From: Geosiphon pyriformis uo1
Lineage: Eukaryota > Fungi > Glomeromycota
Direction of reading: 5' to 3'
Assembly (NCBI GenBank): GCA_016748015.1
Contig: JAAOMT010000200.1
Coordinates: 184,984 to 248,983, forward strand
DNA length: 64,000 nucleotides
A model generated the notes under the pieces. It had not been told where the DNA came from and ran no database searches. It saw only the letters and a list, made by a program, of their open reading frames with translations. Shown here in pieces: positions 23,786 to 37,902 of the stretch. How positions within the stretch are numbered: the stretch's first letter is position 1; each line of letters begins with the position of its first letter. Both the position numbers and the translations under genes were made by a program.

Positions 23786-24754
23786 TGTTATTGAAGGTTT
23801 TTGGTTTCTTTTTTTGAATGTTGTTAATGTCTGTTTGTTGTAAATTTATGACTAAAAAAAGTAGTTAAACTTTCAATAACTGAATTTATCTTCAAATTAT
23901 TTTCTATAATTTGAACTGCTGGGCTTATAAGTAGAATGGCCAATTCTGCACCAGTTGTATTGTGTAGTTACATTGTAGTAAACATCAACTTTTTTCTAGG
24001 AATTGCTCATTTGAAAGCTCATTAAAAATGTATAGCTACTTTGCTGTAAAAGTTAACTCTTTTACAGGAATCTTGTCTGTAGGCTACTCTAATGATTATA
24101 ATAAGAAAAGAAAGAAAAAATATAAAAAATATAAAAAAAATAGAATTTTAACAAAGGAAACATTTTCTATTCAAGCCTGAAGTTATTAACAGATTACTGA
24201 AATTGGTAGCTAATCAATTTCAAAATGTTAGTTGTATTGAGGAAATTTCAAGTATAATAATTAAGGATTTGGTTTTTGAATATTTAATTTTTCTTTGATT
24301 TTGTAAAGGTATATAAAAGATGATTTGTTTCTAATTAAAATATTTAAAGAGTAAAATACTATAGTAAGAAACATTTTCTTGAAAAAAAAAAGCTTTTCTT
24401 TTATACAATTTGTTGTAGTACTAGTCTTTAAACTTGTACTTTTTTTTTTGCTCTAATTTCGGCAAACTAAAGATATATTTTAGCAAACTACAAGTTATTT
24501 CTACAAATTATTGATTATTTCGGCCAATTTCTGTTAATTTCGGCGAATTTTTGAATAATAAATGATTTAAGGTAATATGTAATTTGATTTTTTTAATTTC
24601 TATGGTACAAATTTAATTATTATTTGAATGATAATATTTGATAATTTGATTAAATAATAAGTAATAATTAAATAATAATAATATATACTAATTAATAATA
24701 GAAATTATAAAGATAATTTTATGCTAATTAATAGCTAAAATTCTATTGGTAACA
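23786..24754 (-). repeat. Solo LTR of family B inserted in the gag of element A
   Basis: Reverse complement of the B LTR end to end; no adjacent PBS; flanks ATAC and ATGT both derive from an ATGC TSD by one transition; A gag reads ...ILAALQ|(G)IQT... across it. Confidence 0.88.
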
Positions 24755-25293
24755 ATGTTTTGGAGGGCAGCCAGAATGTTTTATTGTATAGCGTTATTAG
24801 TTATTAGTTCAAGAATAGCTGCTTGTGTAGAATGTTTTAATTCACATAAGAAGAGATTAAAAACAGAAGCAGTTTAATAGCTTTTTTCCTCTGTTTTAAA
24901 AAGAGTTTTAGCTAATTAATAGACAGTATTTCAAATGTGAATTTGGTAATTCAGATATTCGAAATCAGAAAGCTGTTGTTTAAATATTGTAGAATATAAA
25001 AGCTGATTAATACTATTGTTTTTTTCTTCAAAGTTGTTTTTAAAATAAGCTTGGTCAAAGTAATAAGTTGTATAGGCTGTGTAGGTTTCAGCTGAATGCT
25101 TATTTAAGAATCAGTTCCAAAAATCTTGGTGGATTGTTTTTCAATAGAAAAGCAAATTAAGCAAAAAGACAAAAGATTGAATTCAATAAAGTTTAGATTG
25201 TTTTTGTTGTGTGCTTCAAAGTATTTTTTTGATTGTTGTAACAGGTATAAATAATTATCTATACAATAGAAAACAAAGTGGATTTTTGACAAT

Positions 25294-25309
25294 CTTACAG
25301 AAAGCACCA
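25294..25309 (-). promoter_or_regulatory. Primer-binding site of element A
   Basis: TGGTGCTTTCTGTAAG; first 10 nt identical to the element B PBS. Confidence 0.75.
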
Positions 25310-25315
25310 CTTTTA

Positions 25316-26051
25316 TATTACAAGTTAGAGTAACAAGCTAACAGATAACAAAGAAAAACAGAATTGTAGAGTAATAGAAATAATTAAAGAAAAAATTACA
25401 ATAAAGAAGCAAATTAAATAAATAAGAATTTAATATACATGATTAATCTTATAAAAATTACAGTTACAAATTTTTTTTGGAAATCTGAAGATAGAAAAAT
25501 AGTCTATAATTGTCAACAAAATAATACTGCTGTTATTATTCTATGCTTTAACTTGGTAATTCTTAAAATCAATAACAAATATTATTATGCTTTTCAATTG
25601 TTTTTTTATTCAATGAATCACAAGAGCAAGCAATTGCTTTTTAGACTAATTTTAACAAATACAAATCAAGAAAAAAAAAAGATAAGATATGTGAATACCA
25701 AAAAGTAATTTTTTATTCTAAGATGTTCAAATACTTAAAAGTAGAGAAAAAAAAATAAGCAATATAAGAGGAAGTAATTAATAGTGTTTTATTTTGTTAC
25801 TTTGATTATGTCTTTCTACAGCTAAGAGACTTATTACTTATATAGCTATTAAAAGTGATTAATGATTAAATCAATGATCAGATTAATAATCAAATTACTA
25901 ATTAAGTTAATAATTAGGTCAATGATCAGATTAATAGTCAGATTATTGATTAGGTTAATAATTACTATCTAAAAATATGGTGAGTAATTATGTAATATCA
26001 GTGGCTAATATATGTAATAATTAATAAAAAGTGTGGGTTTTAACCATAACA
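25316..26051 (-). repeat. 5' LTR of element A
   Basis: Starts TGTTATGG at 26051 (minus), contains the 12-bp repeat array, and lies just upstream of the PBS. The inner end is decayed, so that boundary is approximate. Confidence 0.7.
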
Positions 26052-27960
26052 ATATATTAGTTTATAAATTAATATTATATATTAATATTTAAATCTGAAA
26101 ATTTTAATAAATTTAAAGATTTTAATAATTGAGTTTTTTATATAAAAACAAAAACTTAATTGTAATAATTAATAATATTTGGTATTTTATTTTTTTAATA
26201 TAGTAATCAATTTATTTTAATAGTTTTTACTTTTTTAATAAATAAATAAATATTAATATATTAATTTTATATTTATTTTTGTGTTTTTTATTAAATAATT
26301 TTTGATATTATAATTTTAGTGTTTTTTTTTAATTAATATAAATGACAAAATAAATAAAAAAACAATAAATAAAAAATTAATATTTTATTAATAACTATAA
26401 TTAAAAGTTATTATTTTATTATTATTAATTTTTTTGAATAGATGTTATTATTATTAATTAATAATAAGTAATTTCAATAAGATGAATATTAATTTATAAA
26501 ATTAAATAATAAATAATAAATTATGATTTTTATTAAAAAAAAAAATTTCTTTAAATAATTAAAAAATAATTTACTTTTAAAAAATAAGTTGAATTAATAT
26601 AAATTTAAAATATAAAATTAGTCTTATAAATATCTTAGTTATTATTTTTTTTAAAAAGTAACAAAAAATTTGAAAGTAAAAAAATAGTTTATATTATTAA
26701 TATACTAATATAATTTTATGTTTTATATTAATACTTTTAAAATTTAATATTAAATATTAATTATATTTTTTAATAAATATTTATTTAATAAATTTTAAGA
26801 CTAATAAATATATATAAATATTAACAAATAATTTTTTATTTACAAATGGTTAGATATTTAAAAGAATTAAAAAAGAAAAATAAATAATATAAAAAAATTG
26901 AATATTTAAAAATGATTTTATTATTTTGATATTTTGTATGTTTTTCTGTTAAGAAATTTATTACTTATATAACTATTTAAAATAATCAATAATCAGATTA
27001 ATAACTAAGTTAATAATTAAGTTATTAATTACTATCTAAAAATAGAGTAATTAATTATATAATATTAATAGTTAATACATATAATAATTAATAAAAACTA
27101 TAATTTTTAATTATAACAGTATTTTTAAAAATCTTAAAATTTTTTTTTGATATTTTTAGAATTTTAATATTAAAATTTTAAATATATATAATTAGGTAAT
27201 TTATATTATTTTTAATTATTAATTATTTTTTCTATATTGTTTTATAAGTAATACTATATAAAAAATAAATAAATTAATTTGATTTTAAATATATTATAAA
27301 AAGCAATAAATTTTTTTTATTATCAAAATTAAGTAATAAATAAAACAATTTTAATAGTTTTAAAAATTTTAAAAAATATTATATAAAGTTATAGCAACAA
27401 AAAAAGAAAAACAAAAACAAATATTACAAAAAAATTTTATAACTTTAAAAGTAATTTAATAATAATTTCAATTTTGGTGAAAATATTAGAAAAACTTGAA
27501 AAGTAAAAAACATGATTTAAATAATTGTAATAATAATTAAAGATAAATAATATTAAAAAAATAATTTTTTTATGTAAAATTAATATTTTTATAATTATAA
27601 TTACTTTTTAAAAGTTGTAAAATTTTAAAATTAAGTTTATTATTTAATAAAAACAATAAAATAAATATGTAAGCTGGTTTTTTATAATAAAAATTAAGTT
27701 ATATATATAATTTATAAATATAAATATAAATATAAATATAAATGCTTTAAAGATATTTTTTAATTAATATAATAATGTTTTAATATATAAGTTTAAGTGG
27801 TTAATTAAATGTTAAAATCGCAAAAAAATTATGTATATAGTTATGATATTTTGTTAATTAAAAATAGATTAATAAAAGAATTACACTTTAAAAAAAAATT
27901 TTAAATTGAAAACCATTTTATTTAAAAGTTGAACCTAAAAAAAAATTATTATATTTTAAT
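26052..27960. mobile_element. Extremely AT-rich decayed transposon relics, including a family-A LTR end (~26980-27118, minus)
   Basis: 26980-27118 aligns with 25900-26051 with most G/C converted to A/T; ends TTATAACA. Confidence 0.6.
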
Positions 27961-28775
27961 ATAAAAATTAAACAAAACAACAACAACAACAACAACAACA
28001 ACAATAATAATAATAATAATAAGAGTTGGAATTTTTGTAAAACATTTACTAATTTTTAATATTAAAAGAATACATCGCAGTTAACATTTTTACCATCTCT
28101 TTTTCAATTAAATTGTTCATTCGAAAAAGAATATAATATCTGCATTAAATGTTATTCAGAGCAAATAATACATAAAAAATAATAAAAATAATAATTTTAA
28201 TATAATTTGTTGCAATGGTGCAACATAACTTTATTTTTAAGGATAACGAAATTTTACTAAAAAGGGTGTAAAAAAAAAAAAAAATTTTTCCGATTGTCAG
28301 GTGTTAAAAACTAACAAAATCCTGACGTTTGAGTACAGGAACTAGGTACAAACTACTAGAGACAAAGAAACTGGAAAGCAATAATTTTTAATTATAAAAC
28401 TGGTATAGACTTAACTAAGGATTTACAAAAAAGTCAAGCACCGACTTTTTATATATATTATATGAGTAGATGTATTCTCGTCACTCTCTTTGATCTTTTA
28501 AAAGTTTCCACAATATTCTACATGGTTCCATAATTTTTACAATGATTGAGGTAGTAATTCGTGGCAAAATAATAAGTACGATAAGAGCAATTGAAAATAT
28601 TATAAAAACTTGATATTACTACTACTAAGAAATCTATTGAGATTTTATATAAGAGAAATCAAGAATTCATTGTAAAATAAAAAATAAAAAATAAAATAGT
28701 TATAATTTGAAAATAGATAAATAATCAAAAAAGGACTGGCTGAGCATTTGGCCGTAGGATGTGATTACGTTTTTC

Positions 28776-28806
<31 letters not shown>

Positions 28807-29407
28807 GTTGAATGTAAAAGTTTGTTATTGTTTGCATGAAAGATTCACATTAAATAAATTTGTATTTTTTAATATTCTTTAAATGTTTTCTATTAGATTC
28901 ATCAAAAAAAGCTTATTACAAAAATCTGCTGACAGGTTTTTATTTAAAAAAAACAAAAAACAAAAAAGTAGTTATTCCAAGAAAAATCAATTTCGTAATA
29001 CTGTTTAGTTTCACATAATCTTAGGAATCTGGGAAAGAATAACATTTCATATTCTATAACCAAACACCCAAAATCACTTTCTTTCGGTCAGACTATTCAT
29101 GAATTATATTCATCAGGCTAATTATTATGAGTATTTGAATCCTTCTAAATTAACACACTGGTGTTTATGAAATAAATTTTGTAATTTACTTTGAGTAATT
29201 GGAAATCATTTGATAATTTTGATTATTAATTTATTTTCTCACAATAGAAACCTTCTAATATTATTCAATAAACCAGAAGTTTCCTTTTTCCAATAATGTA
29301 AAAATCACTTGGATAGCTAAAAAGTCTTTGTTCACATAAGAGATTTGATATTTGATATTTGAATTGAACACCGAAATTTTGTTCTTTCGACTTATTCTAT
29401 CTCTTTT

Positions 29408-29505
29408 TTTTTTATTATTATTATTTTTATTATTATTATTTTTATTATTATTATTTTTATTATTATTATTTTTATTATTATTATTTTTATTATTATTATT
29501 ATTTT
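29408..29505. repeat. 15-bp tandem repeat (TTTTTATTATTATTA)n
   Basis: About six adjacent units visible. Confidence 0.9.
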
Positions 29506-29664
29506 TTGAATTTAAACTGGTTGATGAAATGGATTCTAGAATAACTTTTATGATTATTAATTTTAAAAGTTCAAAAGTTCACCAAAAAGTCCGAACAATT
29601 ATCCGTCATTTTAAAGAGAGAGAGAGAAAGATTACTAAAGATATTACTAAATAGGGTGATCATG

Positions 29665-29697
<33 letters not shown>

Positions 29698-31198
29698 CTA
29701 ATACAACAACTACAAAAAAATTGAAAAACTTTCAAGTATAACATTTCGAATACCTGGTATTCTCCGGTTTACAGCATCTGTGCAATACGAGTCTTATTGA
29801 TTTCGGATTTATAATTCAAAATAATGAAAATTTATTATAATTTCTAATTTCACTGTTTCATGTCGTAGAACATTACCGGATAATTTTAAGACCATAGTTC
29901 TTTGAATCATCATTTTGCTCGTTTATACTTATCTTTTGAACTCTTGAGAATTTTACCATTCATTCTCCTTTGCAATAATTTATTTCTCTTTAGATTTAAA
30001 AAATATATATATTGAGGAATTATAACCTTAATTCCTAAGTCTTGAATATTTTTTCTAAAACATGGGAAAAATATTGAAATATTCTAAATTATAATTACGA
30101 TTCGAAGCAAACATAGTGAGATCGATCATCGTTTTAATATTTAGTTTTTAGGTTTTTTTTGGTTTTTTTGGTTTTTTTAAATCAAATTGAAAATATTTTT
30201 TTCAAGATTTTTTTTTCTGTGAATTCCCATTATGACAGGTTATTCGCTACCTTAAAGAAGCATGGTAGCATGTAATTGTCTATACATTTTTGTATTACGT
30301 TTAGGTCTTATCAAATTTAACCTCTTGCATTAAAAACCGGGGCACAACATCAAAGAAATATCGAATCATTTTGCATTGTAATGTTAAAAACAAATTTCAT
30401 GAGGGGATTTATAAATTGACGGCAGATTAATTTATCTATCTTATCTATACAGAAAACACATGCTCACTTTGATCTACTCAAAACTGCAGATTGATCTCTC
30501 TTTTGCGTGGAATTTTGTTCCCCACTTTGCGTAATTTGTCGTGAGAGGCATGATGGCATCGAAGAATTTAAAGATTGATCGATCATTGCAATTTTCACAA
30601 GATTTTCAAATTATTTCTTTTTGAAATATTTACCCCTCAACCTCAGAATAATTTACTTAAAAACAGTCGATAGTACATTCATTTATTGCCTTGTTTTAAT
30701 TTGCGACTTAATTTAGAAATAAAAAAGAAAATTGTTTGTTTAACATCGCGTCAAGGTGAAACTCATCTTCTCCTTGTTTGAGGCCAATCACAAAGAAGAA
30801 ACCCTTGATGGTGATCAAATTTATTAGGTAAATATCTTTAGGTGGCGTGACTTGGCGTTAGTTAGTTAGTTAGTTAGTTAATAAGTCTAGATTAGGAATT
30901 GTAATTTATTTGGTGTACAGAACAATGAGTCAACTCTGAAAAGTAACCAAAGAGAAACTATTTGGTATATCAATATATTAAATCCTCTTTCTAAATTGGA
31001 GGTTAAAAGGGAAAATTAATATAGAGTATCACTCTCGATCTTTGACCAGATTTCCTAAAGATATTTAGATCGACAATTGTGTCGTTTCGGCAATTTTTTT
31101 TCTCCCAATGGGGTCGCGAAATCACTATCTATTGGCTTTGGGGAGGTGCTATTTCTTTGAATGATGACTTGTTTTGAACAAAATAGAAAATCTATAGA

Positions 31199-31351
31199 TG
31201 TTGTTGTTGTTGTTGTTGTTATTGTTGTTGTTATTGTTGTTGTTGTTGTTGTTTCTGCTGCTGCTGCTACTACTACTACTACTACTGCTGCTGCTACTAC
31301 TACTACTACTACTGCTGCTGCTACTACTACTACTACTACTGCTGCTGCTGC
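31199..31351. repeat. Compound microsatellite (GTT)n + [(CTG)n(CTA)n]x3
   Basis: Seen directly; explains the poly-L/V/T/A ORFs. Confidence 0.95.
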
Positions 31352-32172
31352 AATATAGATTAGAATACCTGATTCTGACCTGTAGGGAAATTTTCCCCGA
31401 TCCAACCTGAATAAGGAAACATGAATCAACCTTAGAGCTTCTTAAATTTTCGAAACTTCGATTTTCATCACCTTTTCAAGCTAAATTAAATTCTTTTGCA
31501 TTTTTCAAGAATGCCAAAGCATATTTACTACGTTTAAATCGTGGCGAACCCTATTGAACAAATTATTATAGTATTAATCAATAGGGGAAAAATAAGCAAT
31601 GCATTCAACTTTAAACCGGATTTGTTACCTGGGATTTAAAAAACTACACTATAAGATCAAAAGAATCTGAAACAAATTAATATGCAAGTATCCTTGTTCT
31701 ATACAAATCTTTTTCAATTAATGAGTAAAATTTAGATGGTGAAGATGGCCGGCATTCGAGCTCCAAAAAAATTTAGAATATTGAGTTTCCAAGAACTCCG
31801 GAAAGTTACTCAAAATGAAAAAGAAGCTCGGAGAATTTCAAATCGTTTTTGCGAATCAATCACTAAATTTAATTTGATTTGATTCTTCAAAAATGACAAG
31901 AAAAGATTAGACTTTGAATTACACCACCTTTCAATGCATAAAATATAAAATTTTATGTAATCTCTCGTGGCATATTAAGAAAATAGATGATGGTCCGTTC
32001 ACCAGTACACATTTTCCAATGTCATTATTTTTTTTCAAGAGGATTTTCAAAATTATAAATTTGAATTAATCATCAAATTTAGTGAAAAGCAGGGGTTGAA
32101 ACGTTTCTAGTTCAAGATAATGATGATTAAGAGGAGGGGGAGAGGGAAGAGGGGAAGGTGAGGTGGAGGATA

Positions 32173-32219
<47 letters not shown>

Positions 32220-32843
32220 AATGTTTTGGGAAGTTTCTGTAATCGACGAGGAAAGATAATTAATTACAAAGAAAAGAGAAAAGAATAGAGAGTATAAGAA
32301 AACTTGTCCTCGCGGAATAGACCCTGAATAATAGCCCGATAAAATCATTAATTTTAAAATTCCTCATTTTAGAAATATAAATTTTATTTACTTTGGGGGA
32401 GATTTGCGGAGAAAGTTGGCCGCGTGCTCAAAAAATTATTTTCATTGAACAATGGATTGACCTGTCTCGTATGATCTGCAAACTCTAATTTAATGGGAAA
32501 TTATTGTAGATGGTTTCGAAACATTTGGTCTTTATAACAAATCACAATTTGATGCAATCAAAAAAAAAAAAAAGATAAGAGTATCTTGAAAAGATGCCAT
32601 ATAATATTAAATTTTTTGATTTAAATTCATTAATTATTATTTTAAGGATCATCAATAAATTATGACTAATATTAATTTCAATAGAAATCTTAAAAAGTAT
32701 TCTTTTCAAATTTATTAGATGAAATAAAATTAAATCACTTGATATTAATAGGGTAATGAAATATACTCTATCTAAAAGAATTTTTGGAAATCCCACTTTT
32801 ACAATAAATTTCGTTAATTACTAGAGAGAGAAAATCCCTTTTT

Positions 32844-32910
32844 TACTACTACTATCACTACTAACACTACTACTACTACCAACTATTACTACTACTACTA
32901 CTACTACTAT

Positions 32911-32951
<41 letters not shown>

Positions 32952-32952
32952 T

Positions 32953-32996
<44 letters not shown>

Positions 32997-32997
32997 T
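32844..32997. repeat. (TAC)n microsatellite
   Basis: Seen directly. Confidence 0.95.
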
Positions 32998-33400
32998 TGT
33001 AATCGCTTTTGATCGGGTAGAACATAAATCTAGTTAATAAATTTTTAACTTTCAAAACGGGCTCTCTCGACGATTTTGATAGCGTTATTTGAGTGCTATT
33101 CCCAATCGATAATTGTATGGTAATTCGAAAACACTTTCAAATTACTATTTGACATAGAATTCTTCTCGATGAGGATGTCTTCTACCTAATACGTTTATCG
33201 CACGTTATTGAATACAAATAAATGAATAAATAAATAAACAAAGGATTTGTCATTCATGTGGCAAAAACGTGGCGATTCTGGAATCAAGTGATCATGTTCA
33301 TCTAAGGTCATTTTGGCTCTCTCTCTCTCTATCATTAACCATGAACACGAAAAGTTGCAAGAGAAAACAATGTCTAGGAGAATAAAAATCGTACCATCAA

Positions 33401-33401
<1 letters not shown>

Positions 33402-33445
<44 letters not shown>

Positions 33446-33563
33446 TACAAATAGTAATAATAATAATAATTACAAATAGTAAAAATAATAATAATAATAA
33501 TAATAATTACAAATAGTAATAATAATAATAATAATAATAATTATTATTATTATTATTATTATT
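33402..33563. repeat. (AAT)n array with TACAAATAGT interruptions, abutting (ATT)n
   Basis: Seen directly; (AAT)n/(ATT)n junction near 33540 is palindromic. Confidence 0.9.
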
Positions 33564-36431
33564 CCTGTTACTGATGATTGAACGAAAATTAGGTCTTATT
33601 AATCTGGGAATATTTATCAAAATATTTTCTCATTCATGATTCTGTTAAATTTTATTAGAGTTTTACTAGTTAAAACAAATATTTTTCGATCTTTTCTCTT
33701 CTCAAGTCCTTGACATCCAACTTTTTACTAGTCTAATAGACTCTGAGACTAGAAAAATATTTTGATGTTTGGAATTTTTCTTGCATAAATTTCTATTAGT
33801 GTTTACGTTTGCTTTGGAATTATTGACAAAAATAATAATTTGCCCGCATAATGATTTACGAACCTTGTTTTTGCTTTTAGACCCAATGATTTCTTCAAAA
33901 AAAAAAAATTTTTTCTAAAGATATTTTATTAGATTTGTCTGGTTTAGTCGAAATTTGGATAAGAAACTTTCGAAATGATTTGATAAAAAAAAAATTTTTC
34001 CTGTTTCAATATTGTTTCAACATATGCTTGAGAAAAAGATTTTGAGAATCTTTAAAAGATCACTGATCATCTCACTCAGAATGTTTGATTTGGTAATTTC
34101 ACCTACAAACAATCATCAAATATCTTCATCAAATATTGTTCTTCACTTCTTAGAGAAGCTCTCAAAGAAGTAAGAACGTGTTAGGCTTGAATTCCTTTTT
34201 CAATCTATCCCTCCCCCCCTCTCCCCCTCCTACTCTACCTCTCAATGCTTCAGGTGATGACCGTGTTGTACTATTAGTCATTACTGTGATATCATTATGA
34301 TTTTTGTTAAAAACATCTCATAATTTTAACATAGCTGTGAAAACATTTTGATATTTGGACGAAATCTTCTATTTTCAGATTCTTCGCGTCTCTCTGTCTA
34401 TATCATGTTTTGATTACACATAAATTAATACCTGAATAAAACCACCAAGAGAAAGGAAAGGACAATATAAAACAAGAAATCTTCTAAACATTTCATTCAA
34501 ATTGTAAACCAATCATGATTGTGGGAATTCCTAAAGAATCCAGTTTTTCTTGTAACATCATAAATGGGTTCTCTTTAATGGTAAACTTGTCATCGAATAA
34601 ACACGAAAATCTTTTTTGGAGAATCTTTAAATGTGATAATGATAATGATAATTATGATTATGATTATGATGATGATGATGATAATGATGATGATTACAAT
34701 ATTTTGCCGTTTTCAAAATACATTATATCTGATCTTCTATATCGCCGCGTAATGAAAAAATTTACTCTATAAAAATATATTTCTCGCAAATTTTTTTTTA
34801 CTTCAAAGCGCGCGCTAAGCGGTAGGCAAACATAATGAGCGCGTAAATTCTTTTTTTGTGTGTGATATCATTTTTGATTTTATCCCTTCTGATGATGATG
34901 ATGATGATGATGATGATTAGAGGGATTGATACTGTTTCATCTGATTTGGAATCATTATCTGCGTCATAATTATGACATTTTTTTCTTTGTATTTTGCATG
35001 AAAAATAAATGAAAAAGGTGAATTGATATGCTTTAATGATTGATTGATTGATTGATTGAATGAATGAATAAATTTCTTAAATCAAATATACTTCTTTTGG
35101 CGAAACACGTTGCTAACTCTTTTAAATTACGCGTCATATCATATCTATGATTTCTCCTTTAAAAGTGAAAAGTGGTTTTTCACAAACTTCTCTGTCTATA
35201 CCCATTTCACAAGGCTTTATTTTCTCTTGTTGGCCAAATATCAAAGAAATAAATTCTTTGTTTCATCCTTTTGTTTCAAAGCTCACTAAAGCAATGGTAG
35301 TGCTGTGTCTTGTTATTTTTTTCAGGGCTGATTTGTTTCGAGATTTGTAAATTTCTTGGCTCTCTTGATTATACTTTTGAAATGGTTTGTCTTTTACTCC
35401 CAATAAAACCATAACAAAAACAAAAAATTAATAATTATTCTTGTCTCAATAGAAGCATTGTAACGAGTAAATTTTGAGTAAACAAAAATCTCGCAATCAA
35501 AAAACTCCCAATTTTTACTGTCTGAATCAATAAGTTCTTACTGGATGACTGCATCACGTTACGCATTGGCAATATTTCTTCCCAAAGTTGAATGGGCGTT
35601 CTTCATTTTGAATCATGGATTGACTTTATGTTTATTTAGATTTTCCCCATAAAAATAAACTATAAAATTTTCCATTTAGATTCTCTGGAATTCTGTTGAC
35701 AAACAAGACGAGAACCAATGAAATTTCATATTTTTTTTTATTTTTTTATTTTTTTTTCACCTAAACGAATAGCCAAGGAAATAAAGTCTAGGAGAATAAT
35801 TTTGGCGCAAAAAGGTTAGAATCACCTCGTTGATTCCAAGCAAATACCCGTTTGGCTTTTAGAGAAAAAGTTTTTTTTAGTGTGTGTGTTCATTCAATTC
35901 TTATTTTATCAAATGACGACGAGACCAGAGCTGATGACCCATAAGGTCGACGCGTTGATCGAACATCCAACACACAAATCAAAAATCGCTCATACGCGAA
36001 GTTCCACATAATATCTTTATCGGAGCTATCGTAATCACAATTTCAGAGTTTAACGGTTTTCACGGCATTTGCCAGCACTTACCTTTCTTAACTTTAACTT
36101 CTTCCGTTTTCAGAGTGAACCCTCTTAGATCTTTGCACCCCACCTTCCCAGATCAACAAATTGTTTTCCTGCGAGGTTACACACACAGTTATATTCTGTC
36201 CCTTAAAACTGTTCATCTTTATTTTTTGAATAATAGGTTATAATATTGTAATTCAAAGCAATTTCTTTTTGTTTATTTCTTGTGATATCAAAGCAAATAC
36301 CTTTTACAGCGTCACAATTGGGTTGAATCGAGAAAGATAAAAATTTTAATTGTGTAATGATGAGTCTGTGTGAATTAAGCGGAAACATACTCCGCGAGAA
36401 AATTTTTCAATCTCATGATTTATTAAACTTG

Positions 36432-36493
<62 letters not shown>

Positions 36494-37902
36494 CATTATT
36501 GAATCATTTTCTATAGATGAATTTTTAACCTCCAGAATTTTTTAAACGGATCACGGAATTTTTGCAAAAAAAGCTCAAGAAAAAGAACTCATTCAAGATA
36601 CTGCAATTTCGCCATATGTAAGACATCCGCAGCGTTTTTGATCACAAAGTTTTTATTATGTAGAAAGGAAAAGTGTCACTATTTTTGGAAAGGTGACGCA
36701 TGCTTACTTAAACTGTACATACAACGTGGTCGTATAATTATTTATTAACTCATTGAATATTTTATATATGCGTACTGTTTGATTTTGGACGAATATATTA
36801 AAAGACTATTTTTGGAGAATTCTTGATATCTCGCCCGACTATCTCATGACACATCTGTTTACTGTGTTTTGTATATCTATTACTGAAGATAAAGTTAGAA
36901 CGTTAAATCAAGTATTTAAGCTATCGATATATAGTTCAAAGTATAAATTATCAATTTATGCAACTCGTAACTACATAAAATTTTTGATATTTTGTGTTTA
37001 GCTGCTGTACGTAGACAGTAACACACACTTTTTCTTTCGTTCTCTATCACCACTTCTATAAAAGACTGAAAACTTTTAGATTCTTTCGTCCATAATTGAT
37101 TCCTTTTTTTCAAGTTCGCTTCCCTCTTTCTTAATAACTTTCATTTCCTCCCGTGGTGTTCGGCGGGTCTCTAACAGCTCGTCTGTGTGAGTGTGTAGTT
37201 TTCTCGATATTATTTATCCTTTAAAAACCTCTGTAATATTAATTTTAACACGTCAAACACGCTGGTTCTTTGTCGTTGTCGTCTTAATCATCATCATCAT
37301 TATTATCATCATCATCATCATCATCATCATCTTTTTCCTCTTGAGGATTTAAAAAAATTTTTTTGACCATTAAAATCTTACCATAATATATATTAAATAT
37401 AAATACCATTATCAACACACTTTTTTTTTTTTTACATACCCATTATCTCTTTTAATATTTTTTTTTTAAAAAACCCCTGAGATAATAAAAAATTTTTGTT
37501 TGTCTTCAAAATATATTTCAAACAATCAAAATTACTTTACCTAGTAATCGAATCATATAGTCATTCGATCCATTCTCCTATCTCTACCCTCTCCCCTCTC
37601 TCCTAAAACAAATCCCAACCTTCTTCTTCTTCTTCTTCTACTTCTTCATCATCTTCCCCCCAAAATATAATTTAAACTTCAGGTCAAATTTAAATTTAAT
37701 CGACATTTTAATATAAAACGATTAACGTGATAGAAAGAAAATTTGCAAGTCAAAAATTTTTTTCTATCTTGAACCTTCCCCTCCACTCCCCCTAAAAAAA
37801 ATTTGAAAGTCAAAAAAACTTGGTCAAGTTTTTTAATATAAATAGAAATCTTTCTAAAGGGCATTTTCATACATAAAAAAAAAACTACACTTTTTTGCTG
37901 TT

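Larger units (their letters stand above)
8855..26051 (-). mobile_element. Ty3/Gypsy LTR retrotransposon, element A (host of nested insertions; no dUTPase; 3' LTR absent)
   Basis: 5' LTR 25316-26051, PBS, gag (split by the solo LTR; CYCCGLTGHFSRDC knuckle ~22920-22965), protease (LILDN for LDSG, 22036-22300), RT (FFSTIDLIVGFWQV, YLNN; ~20600-21400), RNase H split by element B, integrase (9436-9924 HHCC and core; GPF-like tail ~8900-9010). Confidence 0.9.

Noticed and set aside
23786-24754. Possible 5' LTR of element A
   Set aside because: No PBS follows it, A gag continues on both sides, and A's real PBS/LTR lies at 25294-26051; it is a family-B solo LTR.
31055-31429. Poly-Leu/Val/Thr/Ala ORFs (similar cases at 29352, 32127, 36357, 38776, 45250, 46807, 46865)
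   Set aside because: Artefacts of microsatellites lacking stop codons.
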